A DNA stretch of 64,000 bases, taken from the NCBI GenBank assembly GCA_010093705.1, contig MU006092.1, positions 1,444,350 to 1,508,349 on the forward strand, given 5' to 3'. The first letter of the stretch is position 1. Every line of letters starts with the position of its first letter. The position numbers and the translations under genes were made by a program. Shown here piece by piece: positions 1-13,044 of this stretch. This stretch comes from Patellaria atrata CBS 101060. Its lineage: Eukaryota. Below the pieces are notes generated by a model. That model was not told the DNA's origin. It searched no databases and saw only the letters and a list, made by a program, of their open reading frames with translations.

Positions 1-241
1 CAATAACGTTCGCTAAGCCTGGCAACAATATAGCTTAGTGCTACATAAATTGGAAACAAATGACTATTCTAAGCAAGGAAGAGCAGCCAACTCTTAGATT
101 CTTTGCATACCCTCATGCATCCTCATTGAGATCTGGAGCTAAATACTTCGATAGACGCCCCTTTACACCAATAGCCATCCTAAGATCAATACACCATCAA
201 ATGCAAAACATACATTAGACTACCCGTACCCATGAGAATGG

Positions 242-2097
242 TTAAAGTTTTGCTTTGGCTTTGCCCTCGATAATGGCGGCGTCACGCTTAGCCCAATCCT
301 TCATGACTTTACGCATGATTTTACCGCTAGCAAGCTGTGTTGATAGTTAGAATATGTGGTAGTAAGCTAGCCATAAAGGGACTGACCTTAGGGACTTCCT
401 CCACGAATGCTATACCACCTACGAGTTGCTTGTGCTTGGCTACTTTGCCCTTCATCCATTCCTGGATGATTTTCTGAGACAACTGGCCCTTGGCGTGCTC
501 TTTCAGTTGCACGTATGCACGTGGCCACTCTTGCTCATTCCTAATTACTGTTAGTTTTAATATAAGTAGTGGTTATTCAGAACATTGAGTATACAGTGTG
601 ATCCCGACGACTGCCGCGTCTGCTATGTCCTCGTGTTCTAACAACACCGCTTCTAATTCAGCTGGGGCTACTTGCAGTGCGTTGACTTTGATGAGCTCCT
701 AGATAGTGTTAGCTTGATAATTCTGAAAGTTTTATCCTATGAATCTTACCTTTTTCCGGTCCACAATCCAAAACCAACCCTCCTTAACGATAGCAACATC
801 TCCGGTTTTTAACCAACCATCCGGACTCAAAGACTCTTGTGTTGCACGTTCATTTCTCCAGTAACCTAAACACACCATGGGACCGCGTACATATATCTCG
901 CCAGGTTGTCCATCTGCGACCTCTTTGCCGTCGTCATCGAGAAGCATGATCTCGGAGTTTGGATCGAGTTGTCCAACGCTTCCAGAACTATTGACCATTA
1001 GCAGTGGTCTTAACAAAATAAATAAATACATACTCGTCCCAAAATCCAAAAGGAACGTGCACTGCTCCAGTTGTAACCTCCGTCATTCCCCAACCCTGAT
1101 GAATCGTCATGTTGAACCTCTTACCAACATCATTCTGCAGCTCCTTCGATAATGGAGCCGCACCGCATAGAACGTCTTTAACACTACTTATATCGTACTT
1201 GGCAGTTTCAGGGCGCTTGCTGAGCATAACCAGGATTGGAGGGGCTACATGCAAGTGTGTGATCTTATAAGTTTGTAGTACTCGTAGGAACTCCTCATAT
1301 CCGAACTGTTTCATAACATAAACAGGAACATGAAGCTTAATGGCCATGATATTGCACCATAACTGTCCGTAAGCATGATAAAGGGGCAAAAAGCCAACCC
1401 ATCGTTCTGGTTCTCTTTCTTTTACATGAATATATTTCATGAATATGTGCTGTTCGGCGTTAGCCACAAGGTTGTAATGGCTCACCATCACACCTTTCGG
1501 GAGCCCTGTAGTCCCAGAGGAATAGTTGACGGTGGCAACTGTTCTCTTGGATTCTTCCTCATCCATTCTTTTCCAGGAATACTGTTCGGCTTCTTCGGGC
1601 GTGCCGATCATACTACGCCAGTCTTGAACTCCATCAATCACGGGGTTAGGATAGTCTGAAAATGCAAATATCCTAGATTTGGGAAATTTCGCAGTCTCAG
1701 CAGCTTCTAAAGCTTTATTAACTAGGGATGGATGTACTAATATCACTCTTGCTTCCGAGTTTGTGATCTGGTGAGCCATTTCAGGGACTGTATAGATTGG
1801 GTTCGCGCCTGTGAATACCCTTCTTGATCCAACAGCCCCTAAATATGCGACAGGTACAAAGACGTGATTAGGGGTATATGTCATGAGGACTTCCCCGGGC
1901 TGTACCCCTAATCTGTCTAACCCTATTGCAAGTCTCTTGACCCACTGGAGAAGTTGTTTCGGCGATAAACTGGTGTTGGGGTTCTTGGAGTCGATCCATA
2001 TCGGGCTGTCTGAAGGTTTTGATCCAGTAGGAAAGAGATATGTGAGAATATCTACACCGGGGATGTCGATATCGGGAAAGGGCGATTTGTACACCAT
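242..2097 (-). CDS. 4-coumarate-CoA ligase-like acyl-CoA synthetase (ANL family), multi-exon, C-terminal PTS1 (AKL)
   Basis: Motifs YSSGTTGLPKG, QGWGMTE, GWLKTGD and IVDRKK across ORFs 988-2097, 732-1049 and 327-512. Last exon reads LASGKIMRKVMKDWAKRDAAIIEGKAKAKL*, stop at 242-244. Confidence 0.93.
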
Positions 2098-2310
2098 ATT
2101 TGTTTAGGGCGGTGGTTTTCGTCTAATGTATGAATGGCGGTCTGAACTGTTTGCCGTTCTGTAAAACTTCGAGACTGAAGCACCTGAACATTCAGCAAAT
2201 CCATAGCGATTCCCGTCCATCTTGAACATATCGAATTGATGGCTAGCGTTGCGGGAGCTTGGAGTTGCAGTGGTGAGCTGCCTGAGCTCTGGCGAGCCGG
2301 CTTTTGTCTG

Positions 2311-2316
2311 CCGAGG
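2311..2316. promoter_or_regulatory. CCGAGG (FarA/FarB core) in the divergent ligase/SDR promoter
   Basis: Exact hexamer in a ~350-bp intergenic region. Function inferred. Confidence 0.5.
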
Positions 2317-2450
2317 TCAAAGTGACAGAACGCATACGACTCCATACAGTACTACAGTACACCATTCACGATGATTCAAAAGAAGCTATCATTTGTTCAT
2401 TTTCATTTTTATCTTATTGCTAGTGAAGTGTCATATTTGTATCCACCATA

Positions 2451-3444
2451 ATGTCGGACCTTCCCAATTTCGAGCGCATGTTCCGCCTAGATGGCAAGAT
2501 TGCGGTGGTTACTGGAGGTGGGATACCATCCTAGGAGTTCTACAATAGCATATCTAATTCTGATATAGGTTCCAGAGGTCTCGGGCTTCACGCTGCGACC
2601 GCATTCCTACGCGCTGGCGCGAAGGCCGTCTTCATAACAGCTAGAAAAGCTGAGGGGGAGCAGGGCATCAATCAAGCTGTGGATAAGTTGAATAAGCTTG
2701 GACTTAAAGGCAAGGCCTTTGGTATACCGGCCAATGTTGCGCAAGAGTCGGAAATTGTTAGACTCGTTGAGGAAGTCAAGAAACATGAGGACAAGGTCGA
2801 TATTCTAGTCGCAAATGCAGGTGCGACCTGGGGATCTCGTTTTGAGGACGCCCCAGATTCGAGCTCCCAAAAGATTTTAGACCTAAACGTTCGAGGTGTC
2901 TTTAATCTCGCCCAAAAGTCCGTAAAAATCTCCTCTGCCCGTATACTGGACTCACTGACACTTTTGTCAGGTTTTCCCCCTTACTGGAGAAGGCGGGTAC
3001 GCACGATGATCCTTCCCGAATCATTATTGTGAGCTCTACCGCTGGCACAAACGTACCTCATGTGGGCGAACATGGCACCATCATGTACTCTGTATCAAAA
3101 GCAGCAGCGCATCATCTATCAAGAAATCTTGCGGTGGAGCTAGGACCGCGCAATATCACCACAAATACGGTCGCTCCAGGTTTCTTCCCATCCAAACTGG
3201 CAAATGGTCTTATTGAGATTCTAGGCGGTGAAAACGAACTGAATGACTCAAACCCTCGCCGTAGACTTGGTGTTCCAGAAGACATTGCGGGTGTGATGGT
3301 ATTCTTGTGTTCTCGCGCAGGGAATTACATGTATGTGGACCCCTTATACTCCTCAGCGAGTCACTAATCATAAGCAGAAATGGAGAGGATATTGCGGTGG
3401 ATGGTGGTGCACGCCTTGCAGCTGGTCGATTGACAAAGCTATGA
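2451..3444 (+). CDS. Short-chain dehydrogenase/reductase (RhlG-like), multi-exon, ends TKL
   Basis: ATG 2451 MSDLPNFERMFRLDGKIAVVTG|GSRGLG, ANAGATWG, YSVSK catalytic motif, APGFFPSK. Last exon NGEDIAVDGGARLAAGRLTKL*. Confidence 0.9.
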
Positions 3445-4157
3445 TAGCTTGACATATAAATACCCCATATCCGCTATTCCAAGATCCTGGTATATACTTT
3501 GTACTTATGTTAGGGATTTTTGTCTTTGTCTCAAACCTTTTCATAGCATTAGTTGAATTACTAAATTCGGACACTAAACCTTTAGCTCAAAAATAATTTC
3601 ATTACGAGTAATTTACGTTTCATATCTGAAATTTCCCCATACTTTCGAGTGTGGCGTCTCCCGCTTAACGTCTTCCATCCCCAACGCGCCTTTAAACCCT
3701 TTCACCTTTAAACCACACTACATGCTTGAACAACCGTGTAGACTGATTCGTGTTATAGCTTTGAGTTACTGGATCCGACTCAGTTCTCCCCACTCCCCAC
3801 ATTTGTCCCTCGCTGAACGTTTTGCGGGGTGTAGTTCTTGCGGAAATTCCAAGTGGATGACTTTATACGTTTCTGTATTGATCGCGAATAGCAATAGTCC
3901 AAGCTAACAGACCACCACCTAACATAGTCACGGGTTTGTATTCTCGAATGTACGGTTGTTCGGCTTATCACTACACCTTTATATTAGCTCCCAGGTGTGC
4001 TGACCTGATTTAGGGTATATCAACTCGAGCAAAATGGTTCTCACAATGTTTCCAACAACAATCTCTAAAAAATACTCGTGTCCGAGTTGAATCTTCAATT
4101 AGGGGCTGAGCATAGAGTAGGTCAGAGAGATCAGGAGATTATTATTCGACATACATC

Positions 4158-6026
4158 ATGGGGCTCGGAGCTGTTATCGCCTTAGGGAGCTTATTTTCTG
4201 TGAGATACTCATCTTCATACCACTCCGGCACAATCTAACTGTATACAGGGGTTTATTTACCTCGTTGGTCTCATTACCTATCGTCTCTATTTCCATCCTC
4301 TTGCCAAGTTTCCAGGACCAAAGGCGAATGCTATCAGTCCGATTCCTGGTATTCGTTCTCTACTAAGAGGTCGTCTTCCCCTCGACAACAAACTTCTTCA
4401 CGACAAATATGGCATGTTCCCACCAGGATGGCCTTTTTCGATGAAACTTCTGATCTTTTTCTAGGTTCTGTTGTCCGTGTATCCCCAAACGAGCTTTCAT
4501 ACAACTCGACTCAAGCATGGGAGGACATCTATGGCCACAGACAAGGCCTCCAAAATATGCACAAGGACCCAATCCACGTGGGCTCTGTCGACCCCATTCC
4601 CGGCGTCACGACCCTGACAATGGCGGATGATGCAAACCACGCCCGTCAACGACGAGCCCTAGCTTACTCCTTCTCCCAGAAAGCACTTGAGGGCCAAGAA
4701 CCCATTGTAAGGGGCTATGTCGACACCTTCGTGCGTAAACTCGGAGATATGGGAAAACGAGACGAAGAGTTCAACATGGTCAATTGGCTGAACTTCACAA
4801 CCTTCGACATTATCGGCGATCTCGCGTTCGGCGAACCCTTCGGTTGTCTCGCTCAGGGGGCTTTCCACGAATGGGTCGCGCTCATCTATGAGACTGTCAA
4901 AGCTGGTGCTATCGAGCAAGCGTAAGTCATTTCTCCCAAAACCCCTCCTCAATCTCCCCACTCCTCCACCAAAACCGACGCTGTCAGTTACTCACACTCT
5001 TCCGCAGGACCCGCCGCTTTGCCACCGCGGGCTCTCCTGTGCAAAACTTCCTCCTCAGCCTCGTCCCAAAAGACATCCGCTACCGCCGGCGCCAGCACCT
5101 CCTTCAATCCAAAGAAAAAGTCCTCCGCCGCCTCGAAAAGCAAACGGACCACAAAGACTTCATCTGGTACATCCTCAAGCAGCGAGAAAAACACGACCTC
5201 GTCGACGACGAGATCGTAGTCAACGGCGCCTTATTCATCGTCGCCGGCAGCGAGACGACCGCGAACCTCCTCTCCGGCCTGCTCGCGCGCTTGATCTGGA
5301 ACCCCGACAAGATGGAGAAGTTGACCGCGGAGATACGGTCAAGTTTTCCCAGCGAAGACGAAGTGACCAACGAGAATTTGATGAAGCTCACCTACCTCAA
5401 CGCGTGTATTGAGGAAGGGTTACGTATTCACCCGCCCGTCCCAACAGGTCTGTTACGCACCGTGCCTAAGGGCGGGAGCTACATCGACGGAGAATTCGTC
5501 GCCGAGGGTGTCAGCGTTGCCGTCAACAGTTGGGCCGCCAGCCACAACCCCATCAACTTCCGCGATTGCGATAGATTTGTCCCCGAGCGCTGGATCAGCG
5601 ACGAGTACAGCACGGATATCAAGAAGGGGATGCAGCCGTTTAGTCTTGGCCCGAGGGGGTGTATTGGGAGACAGTGAGTTACTTCCCTTCCTCCTCTCTT
5701 AAATTTAACCTTCATTCTTTATGCTAATCGTTATCCCCTTGTCCCAATTCTCAACCCCCAGATACTGTGAAACAGAACTAATACCCACGACTAGTCTTTC
5801 ATACATGGAAATGCGACTTATCCTCGGCCGTCTCCTCTGGAACTACGATATCGTAAGCACAGATGGCGCAGAGGAGTGGAACCCAGACGGCGAGATGAAA
5901 AATATGCGCGCCTTCATGAGTACGTTCTCCTTTCCACCCAAAATGTAGTCCCCCCATACCCCGCTAACAGACACAGCATGGGAGAAACCGAATCTAAACG
6001 TCAAAGTCAAGCCCGCGAAGAGGTGA
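4158..6026 (+). CDS. Cytochrome P450 (resembles CYP65/CYP60-type hydroxylases), multi-exon
   Basis: N-terminal TM plus [18 protein letters not shown]-helix, EEGLR (ExxR), PERW, heme motif [10 protein letters not shown]. Last exon [15 protein letters not shown]. Confidence 0.93.
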
Positions 6027-6762
6027 AAATGCAGTATCGCTTATGGGAACTAGCAATTCCTGTACAAGGTAGTTTATAGTTAGGGGGTAGATAGTCACGA
6101 ATAACAACGAAATCACATCTGTTCGTCTATATTTCCCACATTCGCACTTGAGCCCCGTGACATTCCAAGCATCTCATCCCACTAACCTACCTCGCCACTC
6201 CCAGACCCGCCGTCCTGGTACACAAAACGCGGTCCCACGCACCGTCATCGCCGGTACCGTGCAACCACCACACCCAGGCCACATCCGATACGAATACCAT
6301 TAAACTTCCCCCTCCGCTAAACCGCCATACCACCTTCCTTCTCTCGGTGGGTAAAAGTTGTATTTGCTTTTTATATATAAAGCTGTACCTATTGTATATG
6401 CGCCGTAGTTTGTGGCTTAAATACGAGATACGAGAGTTTGAGTTTGATTTTATTTTGGTATTGATGACTCCGGAGCTCCATGGGGTTAAGGCCTTCGGGG
6501 GCTGATGCAGGGTGTGCGGATCGGCGCGGGTTGGGGATCCGAGGGTGTGGTAAAGGCCTGAGATAGGTGAAGTACTGTAATATTATGAAGATCTGGTAGA
6601 TTAGTTGAAAGTGGAATTGTAGGACTATTTATGGAAACTGTGCTCGTGGGTTGTGGTAATTATGACACCATGCTATTTCTAGCTCTCTACTTTGCAGATT
6701 TACTTTAGAACAATACATCAACCTCATAGCTCAACTGACAACTATACTCTCTAACCACCATT

Positions 6763-8353
6763 CTAATACGTCAAATTGACCATGACAGTCTTCGGCTCCG
6801 TGAACGCCCTGAGCGCATGGACCCCACATTCCCTGCCGACACCTGACTCCTTGCTCCCGCCAAACGGGGCGACCATAAACATCAAGCTGACGCAATTGAC
6901 GCCGACCATACCGGAGTCGAACTCGGAGGCGACGCGCAGGGCTTTGTTGATGTCCTGGGTGAAGACGCCGGCCATGAGGCCGAAGTTGGTGTCGTTGGAG
7001 AGCTTCATGATCTCCTCCTCCGTCTTGAAGGAGCGCACGACGGAGACGGGGCCGAAGATCTCCTGCGTGTGGATCTCCGAGGTGGGGTCGACGTCTGTGA
7101 AGACAGTGGGTTCGAGGTAGAAGCCCTTTATCGTGCGTTAGTCATTGCTCTCATACTCTCATATAGTAAGATGGCACTTTTGAGGGCGTTTGCTTACCTT
7201 GTCACCGATCCTCTGTCCACCAACAAGCAGCTTGCCCTGTCCCTTCTGCCCTCTCTCGATAAATCCACTCACACGCTTAAACTGCGCCTCGTCAACCAGG
7301 GGTCCAATCTGCGTTCCCTCTTTCTCCGGATCCCCAACCGCCTTCGCCTTCTCCTTCATCGCCTGCTTGTACTTCTCGATGAACTTCTCATAGATGCCCT
7401 CCTGGACATACACTCTTGATGCCGCAAAGCACACCTGGCCTGTATTCGCCGTTATGGCATTCGCAGTCCATGTAACCGCATTCTCCAGATCCGCATCATC
7501 GAACACGACAGCGGGAGACTTACCCCCAAGCTCGAGCGTGACGCGCTTAAGGTTGCTCTTCGCCGCCATCTCCTGGATCTTCTTACCCGTTGGGATGGAA
7601 CCCGTGAAACTGACCTTCCTGACCCTCATGTGGCTCGCAATAAGCGCACCCGTGCTCCCATCACCGGACAAAACTTGGAACACGCCAGGGGGGAAACCGG
7701 CTTCTTTGATGAGAGCTCCAAGGGCAAGGGAGGCGAAGGGCGTCTTCTCTGAGGGCTTGAGGATAAAGCAGTTGCCTGTTGCGAGGGCAGGGCCAGCTTT
7801 GAGACCGATGGTCCCAAGGGGCCCATTCCAAGGAACAATGCCGGCGGTTACGCCGAGCGGCTCGTTGCGTACGATTTTGAGGAAGCCGTCTTCTTGCGGC
7901 CAGGATTCGCCGGCAAATTTATCGATCCACCCAGCGTTGTATTTGAAGGCCTAGTGTGAAGTTAAGATGTATGATAATCCTGATGATGGGAATAGTGCGA
8001 ACCTCAGACGCCAATCCAACTTCGAACGCGCCGAATGCCCCATAGGGAGCTCCGAGAGTGATTCTGGTAAGCTCTGCAAGTGCGATACCATTCTTTTCTA
8101 TCAGCTCAGCAAATTTGTACATGATGTTCCTGCGGTCTGCCGCTGAAGTCTTCCGCCATGCTGGAAAGGCCTTTTCTGCAGCATCTACTGCAGCATCGAC
8201 ATCTGCTTCTCCGGCCAAAGCAACATCATCAGCAACTAAGAAGCCATTTGCTGGATCTGTGAGAGTGAGTTTCTTGCTGTTTTTGGAATCGACGTATTCG
8301 TTGTTGATGAAGAGCTTCTTAGGGAGATTGTCCTTTGAGAAATTGAACGACAT
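6763..8353 (-). CDS. NAD(P)+-dependent aldehyde dehydrogenase, 3 exons
   Basis: GIVPWNGP, KPSEKTP, SFTGS, TLELGGKSP, catalytic Cys in GQVCFA, EIFGPV, PFGGSKESGVGRE. Confidence 0.95.
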
Positions 8354-9360
8354 TTTGGGTATTGTATGGAAGATTAACAACTAGGTAAGGGAGTATGACT
8401 TTTGGGAAGACAGAAAGAGATACAGAATGAATCACAGATAACTACCTAAATCTGTTAATGTCGTTTACACCGTTATTGTTACTAGATAGCCTAAGCGTAG
8501 AGTACAAGGCGGAGATGCCTACTAAGTCCGTTCCTTATGTGGAGAGGATTCGGTAACTCTAGGTTCCATGATACCATGGTGTCCATTTCCAACCCTCTAG
8601 ATGATTCGTAAAGCGTTCTTGAACTTCGCATGTCTTTTTCCGAGTGGGATGTAGTTCTCGAAGTGTTAAGATGGAAGTTCGAGTCAGTTCCCCACAACCA
8701 CCCCCCTCAACCTGACTAAGTGAGCTGAACGTACGAACGGGAACGAGACTGCAACAGAACGCCTCGAACCAAGCTCAGGGAATCATTGATACAGGATCGC
8801 TTGGGTCCATGGCATTTTCCCTTAAGGTATATGCAAGCTCGGAAGCCATCATCCTACTCCGTGACTCCATGTGACAGATTATGGAGGCAATCAGTTTCTG
8901 TTTCATCAACTCCGGATACGGGACCTTTCAGCCGGTTCCTCTCCGCCTCTGTTTAAGGCTGCGGGTGTACAACGGTAGTAATGCAAAGTCAGCCTACCTG
9001 TGCTTTCTAGAACATACCTAGAGAACTGGATTGTGCTTCTGAGTCGTGGCCCCGAGTTTGGGGTCTGTATCCCACGTGTTTTTGAATGTTCTTGAATTCA
9101 ATGTCCCACCACCTTGAGATGTTGAGCTTGGAGCATATGGCTGAGTCTACTGCACTGTCAAGAATACGGTTCGGGTAGATCAAGAAAGAGACAGTATGCT
9201 CAGAAGGAGAAATGGGTGGACAACTGAATGGAGAAGGTAGGAATGAAAAAGAAGAGGATATAAAGCGACCGGATGAAAGATGGAAATAAAAAATAAAATA
9301 AAAAATTAACTGTAAGATTTACAGTGATATTCATACCAGATACCAAATTTCAATCTGAAG

Positions 9361-10068
9361 ATGTCGCTCCCATCAGTTCCAGGTCTTTTCTTCGTGAACT
9401 CAGGCATAACTTCTCCCAACCTCAATACCACAGCATGGAATAGCTGGTACAACAATGAGCACATCCGCGACCTCCTCCAGACTTCAGAGGTCCATACTGC
9501 ATATCGTTATTACAGTACCTACCCCGAGGAGACCGATCAGCCATATCTTGCGTTCTACCCACTTCAACACGTCGCATGGCTAGAGTCTGAAGAGTTCATC
9601 ACGGTCCCCAATGTGAGCTCTACACTCAACGTCCCTGAGATAAATCAAGACCCAACAAGCTGTTACGACGTCGCCGATTTCGAGTTCAGGGCTTATTCAA
9701 CTGTCGGTGGATATTCTACTAGGGGAACCGCGCCCTATGTCGTCACTCTGACCTTCGATACCGATGACGAGGTTGATGAAGCCTGGGTCAACAGATATCT
9801 TCGAAGTTTGAAACGTACAAGGGGCTACAGAGGCGGAAAGGTCTATAAACATGAAAGTTCTTTCGGAGATGCTCCACCTGAAAGTCATGGCAGCTATTTC
9901 GCAATAGTAAGTTGCCAACCCGGAATTTGTGTCCCATAACTAAGACGATATAAGCATGGCTTCAATCATTATCCCAGGTACAATCTGAGGACAGAAAACA
10001 TGTATAATGTTGAAACCTCTTCATGGCAATTACTTGCCGCATTGGGTAACGTTCGAGCTGGCTATTGA
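9361..10068 (+). CDS. Hypothetical protein, EthD/dimeric alpha-beta-barrel-like (WYxxEHIxD motif), 2 exons
   Basis: WNSWYNNEHIRDLL..AYRY..PYLAFYPL. Intron 9907-9954 (gtaagt..ctaag..aag) gives exon 2 HGFNHY...SWQLLAALGNVRAGY*. TATA-like element near 9258. Confidence 0.65.
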
Positions 10069-10849
10069 TAGGTTACTGTTTCGAAGGTCCTGTTTAAGAG
10101 TTACAATAGCGACGGTTGGGTATATCTTGTGTTTAAACATCAAACTGTTGGAGTTCTTTTTAACACTTGTATCGTCTTACTATATCGACCAATATGTGAA
10201 AATAGGTGTCTACAGGTCCAGTTGTGATTCTGATTGATTTGCGACGGCGGATGAAAACCGGTTAAAACTCCTTTGTATGCATGTAAATTGCTGTTATTCT
10301 TGAGTTACGCATATTAGTCCGCAACCAAGACTATATTTGCCCTGGAGCACAATCTTTAGTTAGGAAATATAGGGGAATACTATTGTATAAGGAGCTAATT
10401 TTGGAAGGAGAGTTTTCCTGCAATGAAGGTGCTTGATGCTAGATCCAACCCCTAGAGATCTCACATTTACTTAGCAGTTGAGATTATCGAGCAGCGCTAA
10501 TTGGTAGTATCGCAAGTCTAAACGGTGTTAACGCGGAAGGTATATCCGCAGTAAAGATTTATGTGGGGGCTTGTTGCGGGGAACGCGAATATACCCCTTG
10601 GTTAACGTTTACCATTCAACTTCTGGAATAATGACGGAGGAGATTGCCCTACGGTATGGTTCTCTAACTGTCCGCGTTCTAGGGCTTAAGGCCCAAGTGT
10701 TGCCAGCGGGAAGACTGACGGCAATGCTCGTTGATAAAATATTCCAGGTTTAAATATTAGTTGACCCCATATAGCTGTAAAATAGACTGAGTAGCCGTAT
10801 TCTACAAACATTAATATTTCTAGGCGTACAATTCATCGTTCTCGCAAGG

Positions 10850-12073
10850 ATGGCAGAGAAGAATGCTCTGATTTTTGGCGCCTCTGGTGTTACCGGATGG
10901 GCATTCGTCAACGAGATACTCCATAACTACCCTAAGAAGAGTGTTTGGGGGAAGGTTCATGCGTTGACAAACCGACCATTGAAGCGAGAGGATTCCCTGT
11001 GGCCCGCAGACTCTCGGTTGAATATTGTCTCTGGAATAGATCTACTGAAGGGAAGTCAAGATGACCTTGAAAAGACGTTGAAGAGCGATATCGAAGGAAT
11101 CGAGAGGGTTACACATGTGTATTACCTAGGTAGGCTATACTTTGAAGAGTGTGTGGAAAAATGGCTGACCAAATTAGCTTATAAGGCATCCAAAGATCTT
11201 CAGCAGGAGCTTGAAGATGCTGTCGCGATGTTCAAGCGGTCAACGATCGCGATGGACCACCTTAGCCCAGTCTTAGAATTTGTCGTCCTCCAGACCGGCG
11301 CAAAGATGTATGGCTGCCACTTGTTAGAGAATCATCCCATTGATTACCTACATGTTCCGCATAAAGAGAATCAACCGCGATTGAAACAGCCATATCACGA
11401 CTTGCTCTTTTATCATCCTCAACTTGACTGGGTAACAGAATATGGGAAGGATAAGAAATGGAACTGGTGCGACACAAGACCTGACATCATTATCGGATTC
11501 GTCCCGAACCAGAACTTTTACTCCCTTGGAACCGTTATAGGAATCTATCTGTCCCTTTTTAAAGAAGTTGAAGGAGAGGGAGCGGAGTGCTCATTCCCGG
11601 GTACGAATAAGAGTTGGGTAGCGAAGAGTAATGACAGCTCAAGCGATATGATTGCCAGGCAAACCATTCACCTTTCGCTCAACCTCTCATCTGAGAGGAA
11701 AGGAGAAGGATTCAATGTCGCCGATGCGAAGGAACCGTCGAGTTGGGAGAAGAAGTGGCCTCTGCTATGTAGCTACTTTGGCCTGAAGGGAACGCCTCCT
11801 CTCAAGTCAAACCCACTCGAAATCCGGAAATATATCAAGGACCATATAGACACACAGAGAGGCATGGAGAAGAAATACGGATTGCAGACTGGACACGCAG
11901 ACTCACCGATGACTTTTGCGGGCTTCGAGTACTTTTTGATGACCCAGTTTGACTTTGATAGACAGTATGATATGACAAAGATCTATGATACTGGATTCAC
12001 TGAGGAAAGAGATACTTTGCAGGCTTGGGGAGGCGTATTTGACCGAATGAAGGCAGCTAAGATCATACCTTAG
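10850..12073 (+). CDS. PRISE-family (progesterone 5-beta-reductase/iridoid synthase-like, SirQ-like) atypical SDR, copy 1
   Basis: ALIFGASGVTGW, LQTGAKMYG, LFYHPQ, RPDIIIGFVP, C-terminal AAKIIP. Probable in-frame 48-nt intron 11130-11177. Confidence 0.9.
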   Translation: MAEKNALIFGASGVTGWAFVNEILHNYPKKSVWGKVHALTNRPLKREDSLWPADSRLNIVSGIDLLKGSQDDLEKTLKSDIEGIERVTHVYYLGRLYFEECVEKWLTKLAYKASKDLQQELEDAVAMFKRSTIAMDHLSPVLEFVVLQTGAKMYGCHLLENHPIDYLHVPHKENQPRLKQPYHDLLFYHPQLDWVTEYGKDKKWNWCDTRPDIIIGFVPNQNFYSLGTVIGIYLSLFKEVEGEGAECSFPGTNKSWVAKSNDSSSDMIARQTIHLSLNLSSERKGEGFNVADAKEPSSWEKKWPLLCSYFGLKGTPPLKSNPLEIRKYIKDHIDTQRGMEKKYGLQTGHADSPMTFAGFEYFLMTQFDFDRQYDMTKIYDTGFTEERDTLQAWGGVFDRMKAAKIIP

Positions 12074-13044
12074 ATGTAGTAACCGGAGAAGCAATGTATT
12101 TTTCAACCATCAACATTCTATGAGCGGTACCACTGCGGAGCGCAACTGAAATTACCTTCTCACAAGTCTGAATTTTCCATTCCTCTCTCGCTAGGTAATT
12201 CAACAGTCTTCATTTTGTATGACGCTTGTCTTAGGCTGGAGCCTCTTTCAAAGAACAGGAAGACGAGCGCAAGCGTAGATGAGGGCGCTATGAATGTGGC
12301 TAGAGTATGGGATGAGTAAATTAACAACCCTACTAATCGTATTGATGCTGTGTTGGATGGTCGAGTGGGGTCTTCTTTGATCGTTAAGGTAGTCAATACT
12401 GTAGTAGTACTCCGTACATCGTTCGCAAATCGGTACAGAGATGACGGGGTGTTTAGAACTTGAGCTCGGTATACTCATACAACACAAGTAGAGACACACG
12501 TGAAGGAAAAGAATAGAGTAGTACCTGACGGGCAATAGAAATTTACCCAGAACCGAGCGCTTGGCTCTGAAGATCACCAACTGAAGATCTTTGACAAGAC
12601 TGTCAGGGATCGACAATCTAACATCGATTTCTCGGGTACAACACGTGCCGCATACGGTAGTTAACCATGTCCACGCCGACGTTCACCTCACATAGAAGCA
12701 AAAGATGTTGATATCCTTGAATGCGCCATTCGTGACCAGCTGGTGCTAGAACACCTCCTCCACCTGGTTCAAGTGGAAAAAGGAGAGAATATCGGGCTAT
12801 GTGCAATGAATTCAAAACAAAACTGTAAACTCAGAACAAAGATCATGATTGCATAATAGCTTAGTTTATACGAATATATATAAGGTATAAACTAAAAGAT
12901 TATGTACAAGCTCAGCCACAAAGGCTTCAAGCTTTTAAAACAGAAATAAACGAGAGTAGTTATTGCTCTTTCCACCGATATTCACAGCAACTCTACATCA
13001 ACATCTTCCCACCAATATCTGGAGCCACTCTAACCAAAACCCTT

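Noticed and set aside
12160..12815. Short minus-strand ORFs between PRISE-1 and the secreted protein
   Set aside because: No consistent splice model or family motif. Possibly a relic but unsupported.
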